Shown here: positions 45,525-56,729 of the stretch, piece after piece
How positions within the stretch are numbered: position 1 is the first letter of the stretch
How the letters are laid out: each line of letters starts with the position of its first letter
From: Burkholderiales bacterium
GTDB lineage: Bacteria > Pseudomonadota > Gammaproteobacteria > Burkholderiales > Eutrophovitaceae
NCBI GenBank assembly: GCA_040880425.1
Contig: JBBDIL010000018.1
Span: 18,495 to 82,494, forward strand
Direction: 5' to 3'
Length of the DNA: 64,000 bases
The notes under the pieces: model-generated
Databases searched by the model: none
The model's input: only the letters and a program-made list of their open reading frames with translations
Told to the model about the DNA's origin: nothing
Translations under genes and position numbers: made by a program

Positions 45525-46040
45525 ATGTGGGAATACCGGGGGCAGAAACGACCGCCGTTTGCGGTGGAGCCGAAAAAAGGCCAGGAATCGGTGTGGGATT
45601 ACACGCGGCCGCCGAAGATCGTGCCCGACAAGCGGCGCGTCGAAGTGAAAGTCGGCAACCTCGTGATCGCAGATTCGAATCGCACGGTGCGCGCGCTGGA
45701 GACTGCGAGCCCGCCGTCGTTCTATATTCCGCCGGAGGATGTGCGCATGGAAGTGCTGGCGCCGCATCCAAGCTCATCATGGTGCGAATGGAAAGGCACG
45801 GCAAAGTACTGGGCGCTGGACGTCAAGGATCGGCCGCGAGAGATGATCGGTTGGACTTATCCGAAGCCGACGCCCGAATTCGAAAGCATTGCCGGGTGGT
45901 TCTCGTTCTACCCGGGGCGCGTCGAATGCTACGTCGACGGCGAACGCGTGCAGCCGCAGCCGGGCGAGTTCTACGCCGGCTGGATCACGAAGGAGATCGT
46001 CGGCCCGTTCAAGGGCGAGGCGGATACCAACGATTGGTGA
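45525..46040 (+). CDS. DUF427 domain protein
   Basis: 'SPPSFYIPPEDV...WCEWKGTAKYW' is characteristic of DUF427. Confidence 0.75.
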   Translation: MWEYRGQKRPPFAVEPKKGQESVWDYTRPPKIVPDKRRVEVKVGNLVIADSNRTVRALETASPPSFYIPPEDVRMEVLAPHPSSSWCEWKGTAKYWALDVKDRPREMIGWTYPKPTPEFESIAGWFSFYPGRVECYVDGERVQPQPGEFYAGWITKEIVGPFKGEADTNDW

Positions 46041-46043
46041 TCG

Positions 46044-47747
46044 TCAGCCGCCGGAGGCTTTGCGCCTGAACTGCTGCCAGATCCAGCCGCCGGAAGGATC
46101 CACGCCCGAAACGACGTAGTAGCAGACATTGAGATTGCGCAGCAGCGGCCATTGCGCGCGACGCGCTCGCGATGTGCCGGCATAGAGAATCTGGTCCCCG
46201 GATTCAAGCGTGCTGTCGTCGTCCGGAAACGCATCGGACTTGCCGTCGCGGGTCAGGTTGAGCGCGACCATGTCGAGTCGATCGTCGCGGCTGGCGGGGT
46301 TGCGCGAGAGGTCGCCGAGACTGAACTTGCAGCCTTCGTATTTGATCGAGCGGTGCAGCGCAGGGGCTCCAGCCGGGGAAATCGATACGCTCCAGATTTC
46401 GGGGGATGGCTGGCCAAGTGCCGCCTGCAGCCGGACGATGGCCTGTTCCGCCCACGCGGATTCCTTTTCGCGGACGACGGCAAGGAAGTTCGTCAGTCTC
46501 GGTGTGCGAATCAGGGTCAGGCACTCGTTGGCGGCGATCTCGGTGGACACGACGGTGATGTCTGCGTCGAACGCCTCGAACAGGGCGCGATTGGCCTGCA
46601 GATTCTGCCGAACGACGGTGAACAAATTCTCGTTGAGCTCACGTGCGGTGACTGCGATCGACAGGTTGGTGATGTCGTCGTCGGTGCCGGCGACGATGCC
46701 GACCGCGTCGCGCACGCCCGCTTCGATCAACGGTTCGGCTTCGGTGCCGATCCCCTTCACGGTTTTCGCGCCGGAAATGCGCACGTCTTCCGGGTCGATC
46801 ACGCAGACCTGCATCGACTCCTCGCGCAGCGCATCCACCACCTCGCAGCCGAAGCGGCCGTATCCGCAGACCAGCCAGTGCCCGTGCGGGGGCGCAGTCT
46901 CCTGCTCGAGCGTGGTGCCCGGAAGTCCGGTGAGCCACGAGATGAGCCGATAGCTTCCGGGAGAATGCAGGGCGAGCGCGAAGTATTGTCCGAAACGCGC
47001 GAATGGATTGATCACGTGATCGGTGTCGAATGAATCCATGTTGGCGATGATGTCATCGCTCATTGCGCGCGCCAGCACCGGTGTGTGTGGATTGAGCAGC
47101 CGCACCGACATCGCCACCGCGAGATTGGCCTGCTCGTTGTTGGTCAGCGCGAGTACGCCGGCGCATTCGGAGGCTTGCAGGCCGGCCGCGACCAGATTGT
47201 CCGGAAACCGGGCGTCCGCAACCATCGCCGGTGCATCCTGGGCGAGGTTCATGATCGACAGTTCCTGTATGCGCGCCCGGTCGATGTCGATGACGGTGAA
47301 CCGGTAGCCGAGCCGGTCGAGCGCCCGGCCGACCAGGCGCCCGGTCTCGCCGAATCCGCAGATCAGATAGAAGGGTTCGCGCATGCCGCGCACCGCCCGC
47401 GCGAAGCGCGCCGCGGTCACCGCTCCCCGGAACCCCTGGTCACGTGCCAGCGCCAGCAGGCTCGCCACCAGGTAGGCCCAGCCGATCACCGAGCCGAAGA
47501 TCATACCGGTCACCCACAACCGTTGTGGATCGGTGAACTCGTACGGTATCTCGCCGAAACCGATGGTGGTCGCGGTGTAGCTCATGAAATAGAGCGCCTG
47601 CGAGAAGCTCATGTGCCATTCCCGGCCGTCGGCGTCGACGCCCGGAATCAGAACGAGCCCGGCGATTGCGGTGGCGAATATCACCACCATCAGGATCAGC
47701 GGCCCGCGCAGGCGGCGCAGGCCGATAAAAAAGATGTGGCTGTTCAC
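46044..47747 (-). CDS. Two-TM potassium channel with tandem RCK/TrkA-N domains
   Basis: Selectivity filter 'TATTIGFGE'. Rossmann motifs 'ICGFGETGR' and 'VCGYGRFGC'. The GTG start overlaps the upstream stop (GTGA at 47744-47747). Confidence 0.85.
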   Translation of the reverse strand: MNSHIFFIGLRRLRGPLILMVVIFATAIAGLVLIPGVDADGREWHMSFSQALYFMSYTATTIGFGEIPYEFTDPQRLWVTGMIFGSVIGWAYLVASLLALARDQGFRGAVTAARFARAVRGMREPFYLICGFGETGRLVGRALDRLGYRFTVIDIDRARIQELSIMNLAQDAPAMVADARFPDNLVAAGLQASECAGVLALTNNEQANLAVAMSVRLLNPHTPVLARAMSDDIIANMDSFDTDHVINPFARFGQYFALALHSPGSYRLISWLTGLPGTTLEQETAPPHGHWLVCGYGRFGCEVVDALREESMQVCVIDPEDVRISGAKTVKGIGTEAEPLIEAGVRDAVGIVAGTDDDITNLSIAVTARELNENLFTVVRQNLQANRALFEAFDADITVVSTEIAANECLTLIRTPRLTNFLAVVREKESAWAEQAIVRLQAALGQPSPEIWSVSISPAGAPALHRSIKYEGCKFSLGDLSRNPASRDDRLDMVALNLTRDGKSDAFPDDDSTLESGDQILYAGTSRARRAQWPLLRNLNVCYYVVSGVDPSGGWIWQQFRRKASGG

Positions 47748-48127
47748 CGCCGCTGCATGGTGGTTTCGACGATCAGGATGATCACCGACACGATGTTCGC
47801 CAGTAGCGCGCCCGCGGACAGCGAAACGATGCTTACGACTGCATGCTCGGAGAGTATCCCGTCCGCACCGGGGGCGGCGAAGAACCACACCAGTGCGGCG
47901 GTGGTGAGTTGCAGCACCGCCACCAGGCTGGTCGCGAGATGAATGGCGCCGACCTGGGTGCGATCGCCGAACTTCAGCACGGTGGCGATGATGTTCACCA
48001 CCAGTGCCGCGAAGAACTCCCACTGGTGGTGGTGTTCAGGGTTGGCGATTTCGCCGTAGACAAAGCCGAAGTTCAGCGTTGCGGCAAGGACGATGAAAAA
48101 GCCGAAGATCACTTTTTCGAGGTTCAT
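47744..48127 (-). CDS. Small membrane protein (DUF6394-like)
   Basis: 127 aa from 'MNLEKVIFGFFIVLAATLNFGF', with four TM segments. It is translationally coupled to the K+ channel gene. Confidence 0.65.
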   Translation of the reverse strand: MNLEKVIFGFFIVLAATLNFGFVYGEIANPEHHHQWEFFAALVVNIIATVLKFGDRTQVGAIHLATSLVAVLQLTTAALVWFFAAPGADGILSEHAVVSIVSLSAGALLANIVSVIILIVETTMQRR

Positions 48128-48217
48128 GGTCGCGATCCCGTCTGGTCTGGTGGATTTTGCGAACGTTATCACGCCCAGCGGCTGAACAGCAGCCGCCCGA
48201 GGCTGCCCGCGGACGGC

Positions 48218-50022
<1,805 letters not shown>

Positions 50023-50026
<4 letters not shown>

Positions 50027-50835
50027 TGCAGGAACCCGGCGAGCAGCCGTTGCGATGCGTTCCACAGCGCCTCGGCGAGCGCGTCGTCGCGCGCGGCGCG
50101 CGATGGCGATTTCTGACGGCAGTCGATGAAATACCTGCCGCTGACGCCTGCCACTTTCTCCGATGTCGCCAGGTACACCGGGGTGCGCGCACCGGATTCG
50201 ACCGGCGCACCCTTCATGGCGAAGCCGGCGTGCAGCAGTTTGGTGTCGATCACGCCCGGATGCAGGGCGTTCGCGGTGACCGGGGTGCCCTCGAGCCGCT
50301 TCGCCAGCGCGCGCGTGAAAAGAATATTGGCGAGCTTGGATGCCGCATAGGCGTCGTAGGCGTCCCAGCCGCCGGCGAAGACGAGGTCGTCGACATCGAG
50401 ATCGCCGCTCTCATGCGCCATCGAACTGACTGTGACCACGCGGCCTGCCGGCGCTGCGGACAGCGCGGGTCCGAGCAGGCGGGTGAGCAGATACGGCGCG
50501 AAGTGATTGACCGCCATGGTCATTTCGAAACCATCGGTGCTCAGGCGCCGGCGCTGTTCATAGACGCCGGCATTGTTGATCAGGACGTCGAGCGCCGGCG
50601 TAATCGCTTTCGCCTGCGCGGCAAGCGCGGCGACCTGCTGCATGTCCGACAGGTCGCCCCACACCGGCACGGCTTTGCCGGCGCCGGCCGCTTGCGCAAG
50701 CGCCTCCGCGTACTGGATCGACTTGCGCTCGCTGCGCCCATGCACCAGGACATGCATGCCGCGTGCGAGCAACTCGCGCGCAGTCTGCTGCCCGATGCCG
50801 TCGGTAGCGCCGGTTATCAGGACCGTTTTCATCAT
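50023..50835 (-). CDS. SDR family oxidoreductase
   Basis: '[12 protein letters not shown]', 'NNAG', 'YAASKLA'. Its stop overlaps the recQ start (ATGA at 50023-50026). Confidence 0.9.
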
Positions 50836-50906
50836 TGCATGCAGATCGAACGAGCGAGACAGAATAGTCTAGCAGTCTGGCAGGGTTCCGGCAGTTCACA
50901 CAAAAG

Positions 50907-50996
50907 ATTCACCACGAAGACACAAAGACACAAAGGAACACAAAGAGATTTTTCATTTCTTCGTGCCTTTGTGCCTTTGTGCCTTTGTGGTGATTC
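50907..50996. repeat. CACAAAG-octamer hairpin element
   Basis: GATTCACCACGAAGACACAAAGACACAAAGGAACACAAAGAG, a loop of about 10 nt, then TTCTTCGTGCCTTTGTGCCTTTGTGCCTTTGTGGTGATTC. Confidence 0.85.
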
Positions 50997-51084
50997 CCTC
51001 TCGCCAGCCGTCTCTCGAGCCGCGGGGTGCGGATGTCAGGCTTTTCGTCTAACCTGTTTGGGTTGCTTCCAGCGGGGTAGTTGC

Positions 51085-54000
51085 ATGGACCGTCCGGAAT
51101 CCCGGGAAAAGACCGACCTTGTCGAGAGCGTGATCGCGCTGGCGCGCGAACGTGTGCCGGGTAAACAGGCAGCGCAGGCAGAAGAGTTCGTGCGCCAGTT
51201 TTTCCGTCGGATCGATCCGGACGATCTGCGCACTCGTGAACCGGCTGACCTGTGCGGCGCGGCCTTGTCGCTGCTGGAGCTGGTGCGCGGGCGACGCGCC
51301 GATGAAGAAGCCGCCGTTCGCGTCTTCAACCCGCGGGCGGACCAGGACGGCTGGCAATGCCCGCACACGGTGGTCGAGGTGTCTCATCCGGACATGCCGT
51401 TTCTGGTGGATTCGGTGCGCATGGAACTCAACGCACAGGGATTCATCACGCATCTGATTGTCCACCCCGTCATCCGCGTGCGCCGCGATGCCGCGGGAAA
51501 TCTGCTCGAGGTGCTGCCGCGTGCCGCCGGCGAGGACGACGCGAACTTCGAATCGTGCATGCACCTGGAAGTCAATCGTGAAACCGACCAGGCGGCCCTC
51601 GAGCGGCTCCGGGAGGGACTGCTGCGCGTGCTCGGGGACGTGCGTGCATCCGTCGGCGACTGGAAGCCGATGCTGCAGCGGATGCTCGAGGCGGTGGAGT
51701 CGATCAAGAACGACCCGCCGCCGTTGCAGCACGACGAGATCGTCGAGGGCATGGCGTTTCTCGAATGGCTTGCCAGCGGTCATTTCACCTTTCTCGGTTC
51801 GCGGGACTACGAACTCGGCACGGAGAACGGGGAAGACGTGCTGCGCGTGGTTCCCGGGTCTGGGCTGGGAATTCTGCGGGACCGGCAGGGCGAAGCGACG
51901 TCGACCAGTTTCGCCACGCTGCCGGCGGAAATGCGCGAACGTGCGCGCAAGCCCGAATTGCTGATCGTCACCAAGTCCAACACCCGTGCCACCGTGCATC
52001 GGGCGGGTTACATGGACTACATCGGCGTGAAGCGCTTCGACCGGGAGGGCAAGGTGTCAGGCGAACGCCGGTTCCTGGGCCTGTACACCTCGGCTGCGTA
52101 CAGAATGAGCGTGCTCGACATACCGCTGCTGCGCAAAAAGGCGAACGCGGTATTCGGGGCTTCCGGCGTCCTGCCGGGCAGCCACGTCGGCAAGACCATG
52201 CTCACCATCGTGGAAGATTATCCACGCGACGAGCTGTTCCAGATCGGCGAAGACGAGCTCATGCGCACGGTATCGGGGATTCTGCATCTGCAGGAGCGCC
52301 AGCGCACGCGCCTGTTCGTGCGGCGCGACCCCTTCGGCCGGTTCTTCTCCTGCCTGCTGTATGTGCCGCGGGACAATTACAACACCGAAGTGCGCCGGCG
52401 CATCCAGTCGGTGCTGATTCAGGAACTGGAGGGCGTTTCCAGCGAGTTCAGCGTGAATCTCTCGACATCGGTACTTGCGCGCGTGCTGTTCGTGGTGCAT
52501 ACGCAGCCCGGCGCGCAGGTCGAATACGACGAGCGCGATCTGGAAGCAAAGGTGGAGCGCGTCACCCGTCGCTGGGAGGACGACCTTTCCCGGGCGCTGG
52601 TGCAGGCGTTCGGTGAGGAGCGCGGGCTGGACCTGTACCGCATCTACGGTAACGCGTTCCCGGCCGGCTATCGCGAGGAGTACGCGCCGCAGGCCGCGGT
52701 CGGGGATATCGAATCGATGGAGCGGTTGGGCGATGGCGGCATGGGCCTGCATCTGTACGTGCCGCCGGATGCAGCCGAAGGCGAACTGCGCTTCAAGCTG
52801 TTCCGGCGCGGCGGTGCGGTGCCCCTGTCGCAAAGCCTGCCGATGCTCGAGCGCATGGGCGTGCGCGTGATCGACGAGCGCCCGGCCGAGGTCGAACCGG
52901 AGGCGAGGGCGTGCGTCTGGATCCATGACATGGGCCTTGCTGCCGATGGCGGGATAAACGTTGACATCGAGGTCGTGCGCGGACTGTTCGAGGAAACCTT
53001 CCTGCGCGTCTGGCGTGGTCAAGCAGAGAACGACGACTTCAACAGGCTGGTGCTGCGCGCGGGGCTCGACTGGCGAGCCGTCACGCTGCTGCGTGCATAC
53101 GCGAAATATGCCCGCCAGGCCGGATTCACCTTCAGCCAGGCGTATATCGAAGCGAGCCTGGCAGCAAACCCGGCGGTCGCCCGGCAGCTGGTCGAACTTT
53201 TCCGCGAACGTCACGATCCGCAACACGAGGAGCCGATCGCGGAACGCGGCGTGAAAAGGGTGCCCGAAATCGAGGCCATGCTGGATTCGGTGGCGAGCCT
53301 GGACGAGGACCGCATCCTCCGCCGGCTGCTGGCGCTGATCCTGGCAACGCGGCGCACCAATTTCTTCCGGACCGGCAAGGATGGTGCGCCCAGGCCGTAC
53401 CTGTCTCTGAAATTCGATCCGTCGAAGGTCCCGGCGCTGCCGGAGCCCAGACCGATGTTCGAAATCTATGTCTACTCCCCGCGCGTTGAAGGCGTGCACC
53501 TTCGCGGCGGCCGTGCGGCCCGTGGCGGGCTGCGCTGGTCGGACCGGATGGAAGACTTTCGCACCGAGGTGCTCGGCCTGATGAAGGCGCAGATGGTGAA
53601 GAACGCGGTGATCGTGCCGGTTGGCGCCAAGGGCGGATTCGTGGTGAAGATGCCACCGCAGGGTGGAGACCGCGAAGCGCTGCAACGCGAAGTGGTGGAT
53701 TGCTATACGACATTCCTGCGCGGATTGCTCGATCTGACCGGCAACCTGGTGGAAGGTGAGGTGGTGCCGCCGCCAGACGTCGTTCGCCACGACCCGGATG
53801 ACACCTACCTGGTGGTGGCCGCCGACAAAGGGACCGCGACCTTTTCGGACATTGCCAATGGCATCGCCGCCGAATACGGGTTCTGGCTGGGCGATGCGTT
53901 CGCTTCGGGAGGTTCCGCCGGTTACGACCACAAGAAGATGGGCATCACCGCGCGCGGCGCCTGGGAATCGGTGAAGAAGCATTTTCGTTCGCTTGGCATC

Positions 54001-55911
54001 GACATCCAGTCCGTCGATTTCACCGTGGCCGGCATCGGCGATATGTCGGGCGACGTATTCGGCAATGGCATGCTGCTGTCGAGGCACATCCGGCTGGTCG
54101 CCGCGTTCGACCATCGCCACATTTTCATCGACCCCGATCCGGATGCGGAAGCAGGTTTCCGTGAACGGGAGCGGTTGTTCGGACTGCCGCGCTCGTCCTG
54201 GGCCGACTACGACGCGAACAAGATCTCGACGGGAGGCGGCGTATTTCCGCGCAGCGCGAAGTCCATCCCGTTGTCGCAGCAGGCGCGGAAGGCGCTCGGC
54301 ATCGAAGCCGCCAGGCTGACGCCGGCCGACCTGATCCGGGAGATCCTGCGCGCGCCGGTGGACCTGCTGTACAACGGCGGCATAGGCACGTACGTCAAGG
54401 CCAGCGAGGAGACGCACGCGGACGTCGGCGATCGCAGCAACGACGCCGTGCGCGTGGATGCGCGCGAGCTGCGCTGCCGGGTGGTGGGCGAGGGCGGCAA
54501 TCTCGGTTTGACCCAGCGTGCGCGTATCGAATACGCGCTGAATGGCGGGTTGATCAATACCGATGCCATCGACAATTCGGCCGGCGTGGACTGTTCCGAC
54601 CACGAGGTAAACATCAAGATCCTGCTGAATGCGTCGGTCAGGGACGGCGAACTGACGACCGAGAAGCGCAACCGGTTGCTGGAAAGCATGACGGATGAAG
54701 TGGCGGCGCTGGTGCTGCGGGACAACTACTACCAGGCGCAGTCCCTCGCGGTCAGCGGCGCCCGCGGCATGGCCATGCTGGATGCGCAGGCGCGCTTCAT
54801 GCGTTTCCTGGAGCGCAATGGAAAGCTGAATCGCGAAGTGGAGTTCCTGCCGTCCGATGACGAGCTGCTGGCGCGCAAGTCGGCGCGCAGCGGGCTGACT
54901 TCGCCCGAGCGTGCCGTGCTGCTTGCCTACAGCAAGATCTGGCTGTGCGAGGAACTGCTTGCCTCGACGGCGCCCGAGGACCCGTTCATCGGCGCCGCGC
55001 TGGAACGCTACTTCCCCGAGGCGCTGCGCAAACGCTACCGGGATGCGATGTCGCGTCATCCGCTGAAACGCGAGATCGTCGCCACGCATATCTGCAACAG
55101 CATGGTGAACCGCGTCGGCAGCACCTTCGTGCACCGGCTGATGGAGGAAACCGGCGCCAGGCCTTCGGATGTGGTGCGTGCCTACCTGCTGGCACGCGAG
55201 ACTTTCGCATTGGTGCAGATCTGGCAGGCGATCGACGCGCTGGACAACCGGGTGGCCGACCGCGAGCAGACCGCAATGCTGATCGAGCTCGGCAAGCTGG
55301 TGGTACGCGGTACGCTCTGGTTCATCCGGCGCCGCCTGTACTCCGGCGACCTGCAGGCAACCATCGAGCGCTACGTGGCGCCGGTCGAGGCCGTGTCGGC
55401 CTCGCTCGAATCCCTGCTCGGAGAACGGGACCTGGAACGTACCGCCCGGCTGGCAGAGGAACTGACCGCGGCCGGCGTGCCGGCAGCGCTTTCGCGCCGG
55501 ATAGCCGGCGTCGAGCTTGCCTATGCGGCCCTCGATATCGCCGACGTGGCGCATTCTTCCGGCCGCAGCGTGTCCTGTGTGGCGCAGGTTTACTTTGCGC
55601 TCGCGGCAAGACTGAATTTCAGCTGGCTGCGCGAACAGGTCGGCCTGCTGCCGGGCGATTCACACTGGCAGACACTGGCGCGCGCCGCGCTGCGTGACGA
55701 ACTGTCGGAGCTGCTGCGCCTGCTGACCACCGTCGTGCTTGGCATCAAGCCCGGCGTCGAGGATCCAGAGGCGCTGGTCTCCGCATGGGAGGAGAACAAT
55801 CGCAGTGCGCTGGAACGATCTCGTCAGGTGCTTGCCGAATTGCAGGCCGCGAACAGTCCCGATCTGGCCATGCTGTCCGTGGGGCTACGCGAACTGAGAA
55901 ACCTGGTGTAG
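51085..55911 (+). CDS. gdhB: NAD-specific glutamate dehydrogenase (large, about 180 kDa type)
   Basis: 1608 aa. The central catalytic block is 'GGLRWSDRMEDFRTEVLGLMKAQMVKNAVIVPVGAKGGFV' and 'AGIGDMSGDVFGNGML'. The track ORF from 49672 is an upstream antisense extension. Confidence 0.95.
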   Translation: MDRPESREKTDLVESVIALARERVPGKQAAQAEEFVRQFFRRIDPDDLRTREPADLCGAALSLLELVRGRRADEEAAVRVFNPRADQDGWQCPHTVVEVSHPDMPFLVDSVRMELNAQGFITHLIVHPVIRVRRDAAGNLLEVLPRAAGEDDANFESCMHLEVNRETDQAALERLREGLLRVLGDVRASVGDWKPMLQRMLEAVESIKNDPPPLQHDEIVEGMAFLEWLASGHFTFLGSRDYELGTENGEDVLRVVPGSGLGILRDRQGEATSTSFATLPAEMRERARKPELLIVTKSNTRATVHRAGYMDYIGVKRFDREGKVSGERRFLGLYTSAAYRMSVLDIPLLRKKANAVFGASGVLPGSHVGKTMLTIVEDYPRDELFQIGEDELMRTVSGILHLQERQRTRLFVRRDPFGRFFSCLLYVPRDNYNTEVRRRIQSVLIQELEGVSSEFSVNLSTSVLARVLFVVHTQPGAQVEYDERDLEAKVERVTRRWEDDLSRALVQAFGEERGLDLYRIYGNAFPAGYREEYAPQAAVGDIESMERLGDGGMGLHLYVPPDAAEGELRFKLFRRGGAVPLSQSLPMLERMGVRVIDERPAEVEPEARACVWIHDMGLAADGGINVDIEVVRGLFEETFLRVWRGQAENDDFNRLVLRAGLDWRAVTLLRAYAKYARQAGFTFSQAYIEASLAANPAVARQLVELFRERHDPQHEEPIAERGVKRVPEIEAMLDSVASLDEDRILRRLLALILATRRTNFFRTGKDGAPRPYLSLKFDPSKVPALPEPRPMFEIYVYSPRVEGVHLRGGRAARGGLRWSDRMEDFRTEVLGLMKAQMVKNAVIVPVGAKGGFVVKMPPQGGDREALQREVVDCYTTFLRGLLDLTGNLVEGEVVPPPDVVRHDPDDTYLVVAADKGTATFSDIANGIAAEYGFWLGDAFASGGSAGYDHKKMGITARGAWESVKKHFRSLGIDIQSVDFTVAGIGDMSGDVFGNGMLLSRHIRLVAAFDHRHIFIDPDPDAEAGFRERERLFGLPRSSWADYDANKISTGGGVFPRSAKSIPLSQQARKALGIEAARLTPADLIREILRAPVDLLYNGGIGTYVKASEETHADVGDRSNDAVRVDARELRCRVVGEGGNLGLTQRARIEYALNGGLINTDAIDNSAGVDCSDHEVNIKILLNASVRDGELTTEKRNRLLESMTDEVAALVLRDNYYQAQSLAVSGARGMAMLDAQARFMRFLERNGKLNREVEFLPSDDELLARKSARSGLTSPERAVLLAYSKIWLCEELLASTAPEDPFIGAALERYFPEALRKRYRDAMSRHPLKREIVATHICNSMVNRVGSTFVHRLMEETGARPSDVVRAYLLARETFALVQIWQAIDALDNRVADREQTAMLIELGKLVVRGTLWFIRRRLYSGDLQATIERYVAPVEAVSASLESLLGERDLERTARLAEELTAAGVPAALSRRIAGVELAYAALDIADVAHSSGRSVSCVAQVYFALAARLNFSWLREQVGLLPGDSHWQTLARAALRDELSELLRLLTTVVLGIKPGVEDPEALVSAWEENNRSALERSRQVLAELQAANSPDLAMLSVGLRELRNLV

Positions 55912-56126
55912 CCGGGAAACCCGGCGCAGCGCGGCGGTCGAGAAACATTGGGAGCGATACATTGTCAACCAAGTAAGGCGCGAGCGGGGCGGAGAGCCTG
56001 CTGTCCAATCCTGATATCGTGCCATGATGATGCCGCAGACATGTTGTTTTCGGCATCCGAAAAGTGACGAAATCCTGCGGGCACGGCAACGACAGGCCGG
56101 AGAGCCCAAGAAAGTGAGGTCAGATC

Positions 56127-56723
56127 ATGAGTAACGCTACTCAATTCAAACCGCAACCCGGCGATGCATTGATCGTCGTCGATGTGCAGAACGATTTTCT
56201 GCCTGGCGGCGCGCTGGGCGTACCCGACGGCGATGCCGTGGTGCCGGTTCTCAATCGATATATCGAGCATTTCGAGGAGCAGGGGCTGCCGGTCATCGCC
56301 ACGCGCGACTGGCATCCTGAAAATCATGTCTCGTTCAAGGCCCGGGGCGGTCCGTGGCCGCCGCACTGTATCGCGCAGACACGGGGAGCACAGTTCGGTC
56401 CCGGCCTGAAACTGCCGGCCGATGCGCGCGTCGTCTCGAAAGCGACGACAGCGGACGAGGAGGCGTATTCCGGGTTCCAGGGAACGCAGCTTGCACAGGA
56501 CCTGCGCGAGCAGAATGTGAAACGGGTGTTCGTCGGCGGCCTGGCCACCGATTACTGTGTGCTGAACACGGTAAAAGACGCCCGCAAGCACGGGTTCGAC
56601 GTAGTGCTGCTGCGCGACGCGATCCGTCCGGTCGAGGTCAAACCCGGCGATGGCGAGCGTGCGGTGACCGAGATGACGGATCTCGGTGCGGTGCCGGCCG
56701 AACTCGAAAAAGTCGCGGCCTGA
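56127..56723 (+). CDS. pncA: Nicotinamidase / isochorismatase-family hydrolase
   Basis: 'ALIVVDVQNDFLPGGAL', 'HCIAQTRGA', 'GLATDYCV' (catalytic Cys). Confidence 0.85.
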   Translation: MSNATQFKPQPGDALIVVDVQNDFLPGGALGVPDGDAVVPVLNRYIEHFEEQGLPVIATRDWHPENHVSFKARGGPWPPHCIAQTRGAQFGPGLKLPADARVVSKATTADEEAYSGFQGTQLAQDLREQNVKRVFVGGLATDYCVLNTVKDARKHGFDVVLLRDAIRPVEVKPGDGERAVTEMTDLGAVPAELEKVAA

Positions 56724-56729
56724 GCGTTC

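Noticed and set aside
52057-55554. 1165-aa ORF antisense to the NAD-glutamate dehydrogenase gene
   Set aside because: It is a mirror-frame shadow ORF, typical of high-GC genes where codon position 3 is GC-rich. The composition is Arg/Ala/Gly/His-rich and low-complexity, with no recognisable domain and no RBS. The sense strand carries unmistakable GDH motifs.
55912-56126. Possible NAD+ riboswitch in the pncA leader
   Set aside because: I could not identify the conserved nadA- or pnuC-motif features by eye. Only a generic hairpin is present. I leave this to an Rfam scan.
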